DNA of 64,000 nucleotides, taken from Chiloscyllium plagiosum (lineage: Eukaryota). Under the pieces are notes generated by a model that had not been told where the DNA came from, ran no database searches, and saw only the letters and a list, made by a program, of their open reading frames with translations. Location: NCBI RefSeq assembly GCF_004010195.1, contig NC_057723.1:65407903-65471902 (forward strand), in the 5' to 3' direction. A program made the translations under genes and the position numbers. Below, one piece after another: positions 1-14,000 of the stretch; position 1 is the stretch's first letter, and each line of letters starts with the position of its first letter.

Positions 1-748
1 CCCTTGTTGGCCTGTCTACATACTGTGTCAGGATGCCCTCCTGCACACACTGGACAAAAACTGACCCATCTATAGTACTCGTACTATGGTGTTCCCAGTC
101 AATATTTGGAAAGTTGATGTCCCCCATGACAACTACCCTATGTCTCTCACTCCTATCGAGAATCATCTTTGCTTTCCTTTCCTCTACATCTCTGGAACTA
201 TTCGGAGGCCTATAGAAAACTCCCAACAGGGTGACCTCTCCTTTCCTGTTTCTAACTTCAGCCCATACTACCTCAGTTGACGAGTCCCCAAACATCCCTT
301 CTTCCAATGTAATACTGTCCTTGACCAGCAATACCACACCTCCCCCTCTTTTACCATCTTCTCTGTTCTTACTGAAACATCTAAATCCTGGAACCTGCAA
401 CAACCATTCCTGTCCCTGCTCTAACCATGTCTCCAAAATGGCCACAACATCGAAGTACCAGGTACCAACCCATGCTGCAAGTTCACCCACCTTATTCTGG
501 ATGCTCCTAGCGTTGAAGTAGACACACTTCAAACCAACTTCTTGCTTGCCAGTGCCATCTTGCGTCCCTGAAACTTGATTTTGGACCTCCCTACTCTCAA
601 CCTTTTCTTTCCTCGAACTACAATTTTGGTTCCCATCCCCCTGCTGGATTAGTTTAAACCCACCCCAATAGCCTTAGTGAATTTCCCCCCCCAGGGTATT
701 GGTACCCCTCTGGTTCAGATGAAGACCACCCTGCTTGTAGAGGACATC
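1..748 (-). mobile_element. CR1-clade LINE fragment: end of ORF1 (SGNH esterase-like) and ORF2 APE endonuclease
   Basis: Minus strand encodes VVVMGDINFPNIDW (APE motif GDFN) near 90-140. The ORF1 end LYKQGGLHLNQRG...GLN* lies near 650-745. Confidence 0.85.
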
Positions 749-3334
749 AGAGAACTGGCAATTGTTCTTTTGTGGTTCTAAATGCAAAATGCAGCAATTA
801 CTCTAAGAGGCTCTATGTATTTTGCTGATATGGAGATGGCTTGTATTATTCCCTGAGTGATGGTCATGTCCACAGTGCAGGGATTAATCATGCTACCTTC
901 TTTGACATTTCACATTTCCTTCAATATGCTTTAAGTTGAACGGTGCACTTCCATGCAGTGATATTCACACTGAATGCATCAATTCTTTCCAAAGCAAACA
1001 TCAATGGCACATTAAAACATCATCTCAATGTCATAGCTTACACAGGTAACACAGTCAGTCCCTGCACTTCAGTTGTGGACATGATCATCACAAGGGGGAT
1101 GGCCTTAAAAACCACCTTTGTGCCAATTCTTCACATGGAGCAGTTATCTTCAAAAACGATGCAGCCACTATTGAAAATGACAAGGATCCTATCATCACAG
1201 ATGCATGTGCTACATGCACATTTAACAGTAGCAATATCTATACCTCATGGACGAATTGCTCTCTCATAACTCTCAAGCATTTTAATACCTTTCATTTTGT
1301 CTTCAATGATGCAGTCATTTCCTGAAGCTGCAATGTAGTTGCAAAGCCATTCAAATATCACTTTGGGGTTGGTTTGGTAGATGAGATTGACAGTACTTTC
1401 TCCCATGCAGTTCTTTTCACTCAAGCAAAGTTTACAGTGCAGGAAACCCTGAAATGCTTTCCATTTAAATAGGCATAAAGGAATGGTTTATCAAGTCTGT
1501 GTTCTCATATGTATCATGACACTGCCATTCGGGATGGCAGGAAAATAAACTACACAGCTGACAGATAATGCGATCTGTGTGACTGTTGTGGCTTCTAGTT
1601 CATATGGTGCCGTTTCAGCAGCTCATCATCTGTCAGGTTTTTTTCCATAATACCAGCAGTATGTCTTCATTAGCTTGGCATATGGCAATCAGTTTCATGT
1701 TTCAAGAGGAGGCTGTAGCTGGGCCATAATTAACCTTTTGAACCAGGATTGGTGGGCTTGTGTTCAATAAGTTGGCAGGCTGGGACAGGGAAGATGGATA
1801 GCTGTGCAGCACAGGCATCATTTTGTCAGCTTCACTTTAAACATTACAGTGCTTTCAATAACGTGCAGTTGTAATATAATTTCAAAACTACAGTATTGTT
1901 AGCTTCAGTCTGGGCAAAAAAGCAGCAAATGGAACAATCAAATTATGGTTAGCATGGAAACAATTTGAATTCAATTTAACTCTTTCCTTGCAATTAAAAC
2001 TCTTATATTGACCTCCTTTGCAAATTGTAAAGAATGTATAAGATAGATCCCTCTGTTAAAAGATTGCCTAAATTGTTTTATTTTTGAATGTATGGTTATC
2101 TTGCGTTCTTGCAGATGTCAGCTCCTACTTTGTTGCTGGCTTCCTCTGCCAGTGATTCAGTAACCTGGTAATTATCTACAATAAAATCAGTGTGTCATTC
2201 CTCACTTGATCCACTTCATTTCTCTCTATTGTTTTAAACCTCCTTTGTAAGTCAAGCAATGCATAGGATACTGAAGACTTTCCCTTCGTATCATTTGTGA
2301 ATAGTGTCAGGAGCAGGGAATTTCTAAAACATCTGATATCGATCCTCAGCCTCATTTTTGCTTCTTTCAGGTAAAGATTCATTCTGATATCCACGTCGTA
2401 GTTGCATGCACCTGGGTTCCATTCTTCAGCTTAATAGTCATGGACCCTATCCATCTACCAATTAGATTGCAGACATGAACTGCCCTCTGCTACCTCACCA
2501 AAAAAATTGTTTATCATTAATGAACTTAGACTCTGATTGGCTGCAAAATTCCAACCATGGCACAGGCCTGAGTTGAGCACTATCCTGTTCTCAACCAAGA
2601 TATGCAGACACTTTCTTTCCAGCAGGGATTTCTCAGTAAACACCCAAAGCTGAATCACTTTTTGTTTCCCTAACCCAAGGTCACTGAGTCAGCCTGCTGT
2701 TCCAGTTGAGATATGTCACTCAGAGTTGAACAAGGGTGGGACCTGATTTTAATGTTGAGCATATGCACACTTGAACAAGTTATCACCATGTATATTTGTC
2801 TTTTTGGTGCATTTGATTGGTGTGTTTCTAGTTATAAGAAATCGTTTTAATCCATGGTTATAGTAATCAGAAAAAAAGCAAGACCCATTTTAATACAATC
2901 TTTTAAATATTTTGAATTCAAATTGCAAATCCTGATTTAAAATTCAAGGTCTGTCCATTTTTTTTAATCCATGTTATTCAAGTTTGTTCTGTACTCAAAA
3001 TCATTCCCATACATGAGGTGAAAAACCTGCGTTGGACAAAACCTAAATCCTTATTTCTTTTCAAAGACTTTAAGATCTAACTCAAGCTCAAATATGCATA
3101 AATGACCAACAATATATACTCTACTACTGTGCCTCAGTTGGAGAATTGGACAATTCTCTACTACTGAGCCATGAATTGGGGAACTGTTTGAGCAACACTG
3201 ATCATGAAGAAAATATTTTAATATTTTGAGTTACTGTGAAAGGGAAGCTGAAAGATCCTGCTCAATTCTTTTCTGCCTATAATGAAGTTCATGTGAAGTC
3301 CATTTGATTGATGACAATAGATTCACAGTAAGGA

Positions 3335-3562
3335 GAGGTCTTGTGGCGCAGTGGTAGTGTCTCTACATTTGAGCTGAAAGGCCTGAGTTCAAGTCCCACA
3401 TGCTCCAGAAGTATGTCTTGACTTGTCAGGATAGGTTAATTAAAATTACAAAATAAAAGTTGGCTTTTGTAGTGCAGTGTTAGTGCCTCTACCAGGATGC
3501 CTGGTTCAAGTCCCATCTGCTCCAGGATGTGTGATAACATCTTTGAACAGATTAATTAGAAC
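3335..3562 (+). mobile_element. Two tandem copies of a short (~115 bp) tRNA-derived SINE (about 3335-3446 and 3461-3562)
   Basis: A box TGGCGCAGTGG and B box GTTCAAGTCC, with a shared body (cccacntgctccag...gaacagnttnattagaa). Further copies at 28468-28890, 50465-50581 and 56858-56956. Confidence 0.7.
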
Positions 3563-6500
3563 ATCTCTAGATTCAAACTAAAAAGCATGGATTTTCTTTG
3601 TGCGGAGAGTTTAATAGTAGATTTGGTTTACTGTGATTTTCAGCAGGCAGTGTGAAGCTTTTAAACAGAAATATTGATGGAAATCATGCTAGGAAAAAAA
3701 GACAATTGTTGATAAAATTTCATATTTTTTCAGGGCGAGTTAATTTGAGCAATGTAGTACCAGGTTTAGAGTTGTGAGTGGACCCCTTACTCCTCACACT
3801 GTGCTATGGAGGATGGAGAATGTTTCACTATGTGTCCCTGTGATTCACACAAGAGAGATTGCAGCTCTTAAAGGAAGCACTGCAAATTAATTGGAAAAAG
3901 TCAGGGGATTTGCAGACTGATTTTAATGTAGACAACTTGGTTTGTACGCACCTTGCAATAGGAAATGCAAGCATAATGAAGAGAGGGTTCATTTGAGAAA
4001 TTGGAGAATGAAAAGGATTCTGTCATAATCATTAATCAACCAGTATTCAGTGAATGGGAAGCTGCTCCATATAAGGAGAATTGAATGTCAGGAATGAATG
4101 TGGAGGCCAGTTATGAAGAGGAACTCAATTGAGCAAGTTTGCTTTCAACTGGGGAAGAGGTTGAAGGGAGCTTGATCCAGATAATTAAAATGTAAATAAG
4201 TATTGAAAATATAAACAGTTGTTTAAGTTACACTTGGATTATATGCCTTGAGAACATATTCCACTTTGGAAAAAATATTATAATTTATTTATGGAATGCT
4301 TGCCCAGCAGGTGCAATAGCAGTTATCTCACTCCTTCATAAAACAGCTACTGAAATCTCCATTTGAGTGAATTTAAACATAATAAGGAAATGATGATAGC
4401 TGTAGCATGTAACACAGTATGTTCAGGAATGAAACACATTAGAGTTATGAAGTTAGTTTTAAGACTGCACAAGAAAACATTTTACAGAGCATTATTGTTT
4501 TTCAAGAGGCAGCAAGGGAGGTTATTCCAATGCAGGGTGGTAGATTTGTTTCAGTGAAATCCATAACAGTATAAATTATGCACCTGTCTGTAAAAGTATT
4601 AGGTTGATTATCCTGTTTTGGCCCAAATTTTCTTATAGACATTGAAGTGTTATTACAGCAGTATTTGGAGAAGTTGCTGAGATTAATGCACATTAATGGG
4701 GAAGCAGAGGGTACAGTGTAATAAATAGCCCTCATTAAGGGTTCTTTGTAGACTTTAAATGTTAATTATTTCATTAACATTTTCCATGAAAGCATATTTT
4801 AAAAGTTATCCATAACCAAAGTTGGTTGTATGCATTGGCTCATTTTTCTGTGCAGCCTGTGTTTTTGAACAATTTTAGCTGACGTTATTGAAACAAAATC
4901 AATGAAAGCTTTTGCTTTTAGCAATTATGAGAAAACTTACTCATTTATTTCCAGAGTGATGCATTAATTTGGTTGAATTTAAAGAGACCTTGCAACATGT
5001 TCTATGGGCATGTTCTATAACAGCTAAATATTCCAATTTAGATGAGCTGAAAAGGAAATCTGTGAATGTTGGGGAATCCGATATTGCAGCACAAAATACT
5101 GAAAATTTACAATGAGAGTCAATATTTGACACAGAAAAGTGGGGTTATGTTTCCAGAAGGGTGTCTTCATTTTAAACATAAACTCACTTTCATTTTAATT
5201 TGCTGAATAACCTGCTGTACATTTCCAATGTTTTATTTTCTATTGCTATTGTGTGCTGTTGTCATTGTTTTCATGTTAACTTTCCTCTTATTTTGTCTGT
5301 GTTTGTGTTTAGACAGTGACAAATGCGGACAAAGTGTTGTGTAGCACAAGATAATTTTTAATACACAAGGAATACAGTGAGCACATTTTGTGCTGGGCTA
5401 TGTTGTGAAACAGCTGTGGTTTATTTTCACCTCTGCAGTGTATCACCATGTTTCCATAGGTTATGGTGCTGTGGTAATTAAAGCTTTCAAGAATGAAACC
5501 AAAGATCTTTGTTACGAAATGGTGTCAAGGCATATGGGATTAAGATTGAAGAATTGAGGAATAGATTGGCCATAATCTAATTGGAGTAGATGAGGGGCAT
5601 GGCCTTTTCCTGTATAATGTCCTTATGTTCAGTCATGGGAAGAACCCAAGAAGTTGACTGCAATCCATGCTGTCAAAGGGGATAGGGTACTGCTCTAATA
5701 AACACAGATATGCTGGCAAAATCCTAGATTTAGGAACAAAATGCAAAACCAGAAGCAAAGAAATGCCATTAAAACTCACTTATCTAAAAACCTAATTTAC
5801 TAAATGCAACCCCCAGCTGTATTTTGACTATCCTTAATGTTTTTGTCTTGACGTTTGTCTCACCAAAACTATTCCAGATACTTGTTACTCAATAATTAAT
5901 TTATATCTGAGATTTCTACTTTAAATTTACATCTCACTCATTCCCATTTGTATTGTCACCCTTCCATGCATACTTGGAATGAAGTCTGTTGGTTCACTTT
6001 AGATCTCAATTTGCTAGAATATCTTATGCTGACCTTGATATGAAGAAAATTCATTTTTCAGATTGGCCACCTTAGATGTAAGGCCCAAGCATATATTGCA
6101 GGATACAAACAAAGTCAAAAGTTTGTAGGAAAGTTAGTCAAAATTATTGGTTAAATAACCCTTAGCTTGGTTTGTTAATGCCTGCAAATTGTAGTAGAAG
6201 GAATGAATCCTTTCGGACCAGTAATGGTACACAAAGGTCATCCAAATTGTAAGTCATGCCAACAACTGGCCTTTAACCAGTCAAAGAGAAGTCAAAGTGT
6301 TCACACTAGTGAACTGAGGTTTGATAAAGTCTGGTGATGTTGATTTACAATATGCAAATTTAAATGTAGAAGTCTATCTTTGTTTTAAAGGAAATGTATT
6401 AGGTTGTTAGTAATGTGGTACATTAGTTTAATAGTATACATCTTTAAGCATCAACTTTAAATTTACAATGCATTCATTTCCATTTGTTCCCATTTTTTTC

Positions 6501-7430
6501 AGTGGGCTGTTCTTATTCTGTCTTGTCATTTTCTACATGGTGAATTTCTGATCTCACTTGGGTAATCTATTAGCGTCACATTCAGCAATTGAAAGACAGT
6601 AGCCAAGTGGCATCAGACCTAACAACTATAACCTTTATTACATTGAGGAACTATTTAATATCAAAGGGGTAGAAATTACATTATATATAGAATGATACCA
6701 CAAATATGAAGACTTCTTCTCAGTTTATTTGGTTTTCAGCATACCCACCATTTTTCCTGTTATAATTTAGTCATAAATCCATTGCCAACAGTTCAATCAC
6801 CTGCCTGATAATAGCTCTAGTAGTTCATTATTCTCTGTGCAAAGAAACATCCTGACCACTCTCTTTTTCAACCCTGGCCCATTACTTCCGAAAACAATTG
6901 CTATGTTTATTTTCACAATCCTGTTAAGTATTTTATGTAATTGGGATATAATTTTTTTTCTTCAATTCTAAAACTTGTATTGATTTTTAAATCAAATCTT
7001 CTTATTACAAGGTCTAACATTCCAGTCATTGACAGGACAATTTAATCGTGGAATTTGTTTGGGTTCAAACGTATTGTTATTTTAGAGGGGCTCAACAGTC
7101 TCTCAGTAATATTGTCTGATTTTTGTTCTTAGGGGTGATTTTCTTTAAGTTTAGAATGGTAGAGTCATAGATAGAGTCATAGAGATGTGCAACGTGGAAA
7201 CAGACCCTTCGGTCCAACCCGTCCATATATGCCAACCCAATCTAGTCCCTTGTTGTGGTTGTGTTTGCCGAGCTGGGAATTCGTGTTGCAGACGTTTCGT
7301 CCCCTGTCTAGGTGACATCCTAAGTGCTTGGGAGCCTCCTGTGAAGCGCTTCTGTGATCGTTTCTCCAGCATTTATAGTGGTTTGAATCTGCCGCTTCCG
7401 GTTGTCAGTTCCAGCTGTCCGCTGCAGTGG

Positions 7431-7558
7431 NNNNNNNNNNNNNNNNNNNNNNNNNNNNNNNNNNNNNNNNNNNNNNNNNNNNNNNNNNNNNNNNNNNNNN
7501 NNNNNNNNNNNNNNNNNNNNNNNNNNNNNNNNNNNNNNNNNNNNNNNNNNNNNNNNNN
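7431..7558. other. Assembly gap (128 N)
   Basis: Run of N inside the PLE inverted repeat. Confidence 1.
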
Positions 7559-8192
7559 GTTATGAGTCCTAGTGGTTGTAGTAGTCTGGCTGTCAGTTCT
7601 GAGATGCTCCTGATGTATGGTAGTGTGGCTAGTCCTTTTGGTTGTGGTATGTCCTCGTTCCGTGGTCTTTCTCTTAGGCATCTGTTAATGAAATTGCGGG
7701 GGTATCCGTTTTTGGCGAATACATTGTAGAGGTGTTCTTCTTCCTCTTTTTGCAGTTCTGGCGTGCTGCAGGCCAAAGGACCCGATACCCAGCATGAGCA
7801 AAACCAATGTAGTATACAAAATCCCATGCAAGGACAGCACAAAACATTACATAGGACAAACAGGAAGACAGCTAACGATCTGCATCCATGAACACCAACT
7901 AGCCACAAAACGACACAACCAGCTATCCTTAGTAGCCACACATGCAGAGGCAAGCAACATGAATTTGACTGGGACAACACTACTATTATAGGACAAGCCA
8001 AACAGAGAATAGCCAGGGAATTCCGAGAGGCATGGCACTCATCCACTGATTCAATCAACAAGCACACCGACCTGGACCCAATATACCGACCACTGCAGCG
8101 GACAGCTGGAACTGACAACCGGAAGCGGCAGATTCAAACCACTATAAATGCCGGAGAAAAGATCACAGAAGCGCTTCACAGGAGGCTCCTAA

Positions 8193-8232
8193 GCACTGAG
8201 GATGTCACCTAGACAGGGGACGAAACGTCTGC
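8193..8232 (+). ncRNA. Minimal type I hammerhead ribozyme in PLE pseudo-LTR
   Basis: gca-CTGAGGA-t-gtcacct-agac-aggggac-GAAA-c-GTC-tgc: intact CUGANGA/GAAA core, stem I gca/tgc, stem II and a GUC cleavage triplet. Confidence 0.8.
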
Positions 8233-9514
8233 AACATGAATTCCCAGCTCGGCGAACACAACCACAACAACGAGCACCCGAGCTACAAATCTTCACACAA
8301 ACTTTGAACCTATCTAGTCCCCCCCCCTGCCAGCACCTGGCCCATATCTCTCCAAACCCTTCCTATTCATATACCCATCCAAATGCCTTTTAAATGTTGC
8401 AATTGTATCAGCCTCCACCACATCCTCTGGCAGCTCATTCCATACATGTACCAGCCTCTGTGTGAAAAAGTAACCTTTTAGACCTCTTTTATATCTTTCC
8501 CCCCTCACCCTAAACCTATAACCTCTAGTTTTGGATTCCCTGACCCCAGGGAAAAGAGTTTGTCTATTTATCCTATCCATGCCCCTCATAATTTTGTAAA
8601 CTTCTATAAGGTCACCCCTCAGCCTCCGACGGTCCAGGGAAAACAGCCCCGGCCTGTTCAGCCTATTTCAACAGCGGCCTAACCAATGTCCTGTACAGCC
8701 ACAACATGACCTCCCAACTCCTGTACTCAATACTCTGACCAATTAAAGAAAGCACACGAAATGCCTTCTTCACTATCCTATCTACCTTGCGACTCCACTT
8801 TCAAGGAGCTATGAACCTGCACTCCAAGGTCTGTTTGTTCAGCAACAATCCCTAGGACCTTCCCATTAAGTGTATAAGTCCTGCTAGGATTTCCTTTCCC
8901 AAAATGCAGCACCTCGCATTTATCTGAATTAAACTCCATCTGCCGCTTCTCAGACCATTGGTCCATCTGGTCAAGATCCTGTTGTAATCTGAGGTAACCT
9001 TCTTTGCTGTCCACTACACCTCCAATTTTGATGTCATCTACAAACTTACTAACTATATCTCTTATGCTCACATCCAAATCATTTATATAAATGATGAAAA
9101 ATAGAGGACCCAGCACCGATCCTTGTGGCACTCCACTGGTCACAGGCCTCCAGTCTGAAAAACAACCCTCCACCACCACCCTCTGTCTTCTACCTTTGAG
9201 CCAGTTCTGTATCCAAGTGGCTAGTTCTCCCTGTATTCCGTGAGATCTAACCTTGCTAATCAGTCTCCCACAGGGAACCTTGTCGAACGCCTTACTGAAG
9301 TCCATATAGACCATATCTACCGCTCTGCACTCACCAATCCTCTTTGTTACTTATTCAAAAAACTCAATCAGTTTTGTGAGACATGATTCCCGAAGCACAA
9401 AGCCATGTTGACTATCCCTAATCATCCCTTGCCTTTCCAAATACATGTACATCCTGTCCCTCAGGATTCCCTCCAACAACTTGCCCACCACCGACGTCAG
9501 GCTCACTGGTCTAT

Positions 9515-9990
9515 CTGTGAAAGAGTTCAGAAAAGATTTACAAGGATGTTTCCAGAGTTACAGGGCTTGAGCTGTAGGGGGAGGCTGAATAGGCTAGAGT
9601 TGTTTTCCCTGGAGCGTTGAAAGCTAAGGGATAACCTTATAGAGGTTTATAAAGTCATGAGGGGCACGGATAGAGTAAATAAACAAAGTCTTTTTCCTGG
9701 GGTGGGGGATTTCAAATCTAGAGGGCGTAGGTTTAAGGTGAAAGGGGAAAGATTTAAAAGGGATCTAAAGGGCAACCTTTTCACACAGTGGGTAGTACAT
9801 GTATGGAATGGGCTGCCAGAGGAAGTGATGGAGGTTGATGTAATGACAACGTTTAAAAGGCATCTGGACAGGTATATGAATAGGAAAGGTTTAGAGGGAT
9901 ATGTGCCAAGTGTGGAAAATGGGACTAGATTAATTTAGGATATCTAGTTGGCATGGACGAGTTGGACCAAAGGGTCTGTTCCCGTCCTGT
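9515..9990 (+). mobile_element. CR1 LINE 3' end fragment, inverted relative to the adjoining CR1
   Basis: ERVQKRFTRMFPEL...LFSLE and ORF 9657-9938 (WNGLPEEV...FKRHLDRYM), followed by the CR1 3' UTR. Confidence 0.9.
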
Positions 9991-11044
9991 AAACCAAACA
10001 GCTACTGTGTCTTACCAAGCCTACTCAAAAAACTAATATTCACAGGACAAAATTATTTGGAGATTTTCAGGGTTTTTTTTGCCTTTAGGTTTACCTTTGG
10101 CACATTGCTTGTGAAAATTGAGTCTGGTTCAAATAAATGATTAGCTTTATCACTTTGATTTTTTTTACAAACTACTTACATTATAGAGCCAGACCGTTCA
10201 GTTGTTAATCCTCCATATCAACTTCCTTGTCCATCTCATCCAACAAATATATAATTCTCCTTTCTCTTGAATATATTTACCTCATTTTCCTTAAGTGGAT
10301 TTATACATTTTTGTATTGTAGTACTCACTAGTCTTTGGTTAAATACCTTTCATTTGAATTTCCTATTGGATTTATTCGTGACCATCTTATATTTATGGCC
10401 CTAACCTTTTCATAACCCTATCTTCATAACCTCAGCAATTTTCCAGGAAAAGAAAGTGTCTCTGTCAATTTGTTCTTTCCTGATAAATATGATCTTCAAT
10501 TCTGGTGTAGTTATTTTTTGCACTTCCTCCAACTCACCATGTCCTTTCCACATTATAGTGACCTGATGTTTTTGAGAAAAGAAATTGATTAAAATGAAAA
10601 GAGTGACTTTTTCACTAATGAACCAACGCTACATTAGCAAATCAGTGTTTCCAGATTTAGCATAATGGAAACTATAGCGAAATCTAATAGAGGTCTGAGC
10701 AGCAGGGCTGTGGAGAGATGTTTGATACGGTCAGGCAACAACTGCGGCAAGGCTCATCTTGATGCTGGGATCATCTTGTTCCATCTTTTGTGTTTTTCAC
10801 AAGCAGTGTGACAAAATTCTCACTTGGCAGTAGTAAGGTACCAATTGAGAATGTTAAATGCCTTGTTAATGCCACCACTTGCCTCATTAATATTCAGACT
10901 CCCACCTTACCAAATGCAGTAAACAAATTAGACATCAAGATAATAAGAAAACCAAAGCACTACCTAGCCGATACAACTCGCCTCTTTCTTTAAGCAACTT
11001 CTATGCTGCCTGCAACCAAGCCACTGCCGTGATCATGATCAATA

Positions 11045-14000
11045 GACATGATCACGGCATGTTTTTAAGCAAAACAAAATTTATTTAATACACTATGGTT
11101 GAAACACGAACAAAAGAAAATGGAATTTAGAATAACTTAATTATTGGAAAACATAACCGATCCAATACAGCAACTTAATTAAGGAGCTGTTATAATTCAG
11201 TAACATCCCATAAACATCCCTTGGAAAAAAAATAAATTAAAACACAGATTCCTACTGGCAGGAGAGAACAACGTCCAAAGAGATTTCAGCAAGAAAGTCA
11301 GTCAGGAATCATTTGCTGAAGCTTGCAACCTCCCTGGACTCATCATCTTGTTACTGCTACAGCTAAACCAAACTAGGAAAAAAATCTGAACTGCGAGAAC
11401 TGGCCGCTCCCCTGCTATAGTTAAACTAGGCTCTTCCTAGACCTGTCTGCACCTCTGCCTTTATGACCTCTCTTTAAAAAAGTCGTAGGGTCAAAATAAC
11501 CCTTGTTAAAGTGGCAGGATCGCCACACGTCACCCCCCCACCTTCAAAAAATCATCAATATACAAAGATAGCTTTATTTTAAACCCCTTTAGTCTTACCC
11601 TAATAGTACACTACAATACTTATACATTGCACTGACTATAACCATGCAAACACTCACTACTACATTCTTTTTCAGTCTAGTTATTCCTGCCAGCAAACGC
11701 CTGTTTTTCATTCAACTCTCAACAGCACATCAGCAATTACATTTTCTCATCCTGCCACATGTATAATTTTCAAATTGAATGGCTGCAATAATAAGCTCCA
11801 TCTAAACAGTCTGGAATTGTTGTCCTTAAATTTCTTCAAAAATCTTTAATGGGAAATGATCAGTACACATGATTGTCTCAGACACATTACTGGTAACATA
11901 AATATTGAAATGTTGTAACGCCAACACCAAGCTCAAGGTCTCCTTCTCGTTTGTTGAATATTTCTGTTGATGAATGTTCAATTTCCTGGAGTAATATCCA
12001 AAAGGTCTTCCTATCTTCTTATTTTCATTTTATAATAGTACAGCACTGATCCCACATCACTTGCATCGATAACCACCTCGAATGGCTTTGTGTAATCAGG
12101 TGTGGCTAATACTGGGGCAGGGGTTACACAGCGTTCAGGCTGTCAAATGCCTTCTAACAATCTGCTGTCCACTGAAACTTCTTGCATTTCTTCAGTAATT
12201 CAGTGAGTGATAAAATTTGGTACAAATTTCTGATAAAACCTGCTCAGTCTCACTACTGTCTTCGTCAGTCCCCAATAACCTTTGCTTTCAAAATCAGTGG
12301 GGCCATCTGTCTGTGTACGCTAACATGGTCCAGAACATGACTTGGGCTTTGGTGAATTCACTCTTAGTCAGGTTCATCAGCATGCTTGCCTCCCGAAGTC
12401 AATTTCAAATTCCAATAAATTCTGCAAATATTCCTTCCATGTGTGACTTCTAATCACCCAGTGGTCGATGTAGGACCACACAATTGGATAATCCAGAAAT
12501 GACTTTATTGGTTAGTCTTTAAAATGTGGCTGGCGCATTTTCATATCAAATGGCATGACTTTCAATTGATACAGTCCATTTTGGTGTTCCAAAAGCTAAA
12601 ATTGTCTTCACTCTTTCAGATAAGGGTACCTACCAGTATCCTCTGAGTAAATCCAACCAAAAAATATAAGGTGCTTGTCCCACCTTTTCAATACAGTCTT
12701 CCAAATGTGGAATCAGATATGAATCAGACTGTGTAATTGCATTGATTTTGTGACAGGCTACAACACAGACATTGGGTACCAATGGGTTTTGGTACCATTA
12801 CTATGGGTGAGTTCCAGTCACTGCAACTCACTTGAATTATGTTGTCTTGGAGTATGCGTCCAATCTCTTTTTGAACCTGTGCCAACTTTAGAGGGTTAAG
12901 TCTAGAAGGATTTTGCTTAATTGGAATAGCATTTCCTGTGTCTACATCATACATAATTAGATTAGTACTTCCCAGCTTATTCCCACATATCTGGCTATAG
13001 GATAGTAATAACTCTTTCAGGTCATTTTAATTTTCCTCTAGAAGGTAACTCAATAATTCATCCCAATTCCTCATTGTCCAATTTAATTTGAGGACTGTCC
13101 AATTCAGAATCTCCTGAACTTGGTTCTTTACTCTGTGTTGTAACTAGTAACATATTCTACTTTTGCTTTCCTTCCCTGTCAAAATACCTTTTGAGCATGT
13201 TCACATGACACAATCTGTTAGATTTCTTTCTGTCTGGAGTCTTTATCAAATAGTTCACCACACTCAATCTCCTTTTGATTTGATAAGGTCCACTAAATCT
13301 TGCTTTTAAAGGTTCACCTATCACTGGAAGTAACACTAACACTTTACCTCCATTAGCAAAATTGCGTGTTTTTACTTTCTTGTCTGTTTCCATGTATGTT
13401 TTTTGATACATTGCTTCAGCTTTTTTTGTCTTTCTATTGTAACTCATTTAATTTATCTGAGCTAAAAATATCTACTTTATCCTCCACCAGTTACTGTTTT
13501 ATCTCAACCATTCAATCAAACATGGTTTCTGATAATTCTACGTCAAATTCCTAATCTGTATACTTTGATTTCTCTTCCTGTTTCAACTGGTGGCTTTGAG
13601 ACCTTGTTACCACACAGTCAGGAAAAATCCCAGGATATACTTCCTGTAATACCACAGTTGCCTGATTTTCCACCAGCTTTTCAACCACAGTAGGCAGCAC
13701 TCCCACCTGTGACCCAGCTATATCGTTCCCAAGGACAAATTGTATTTCTGGAACTGAGAGTTTTTCCAGTACTCCGACCACCACCTCTCCACTTTTCACT
13801 GGAGACTCTAACCTCACTCAACATAATGGAGCACTTCTTGTCTCACCGTGAGTTCCACGTACTAGTACTTGTTCTGGCAACAGTCTTTCTGAGTTACATG
13901 TCTCCTCATCTCTCAACATCAAAGATTGACATGATCCTGTTTCTCTAAATACTGTAACTTCTTTACCTGCTGCTCCTGGCCTATGCAAGTAAGCTTTACC

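Larger units (their letters stand above)
7250..8308. mobile_element. Penelope-like element insertion with inverted architecture: minus-strand RT C-terminus/pLTR joined to plus-strand GIY-YIG/pLTR
   Basis: Plus ORF VVYKIPCKD...HYIGQTGRQL...HEH (GIY-YIG). Minus ORF LYNVFAKNGYP...LPYIRSISE. 7250-7430 is the reverse complement of about 8090-8270. TSD ccaatctagtccc (7237-7249) / cctatctagtccc (8309-8321). Confidence 0.92.
7157..9513 (-). mobile_element. CR1 (HER1-like) LINE, 5'-truncated 3' half, interrupted by a PLE at 7250-8308
   Basis: RT ORF 8778-9314 (YMDFSKAFDKVP, GVPQGSVLGPL, FVDDIK), C-terminal ORF 8314-8589 (WNELPE), and a (ctatgact)n-type 3' tail near 7157-7185. Confidence 0.93.

Noticed and set aside
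3335-3446. Possible tRNA genes (also the HE1 heads)
   Set aside because: A and B boxes are present, but there is no complete cloverleaf or oligo-T terminator, and each continues into a SINE body.
7185-8118. Long ORFs spanning X residues
   Set aside because: Artefacts of reading through the N gap and the PLE inversion junction.
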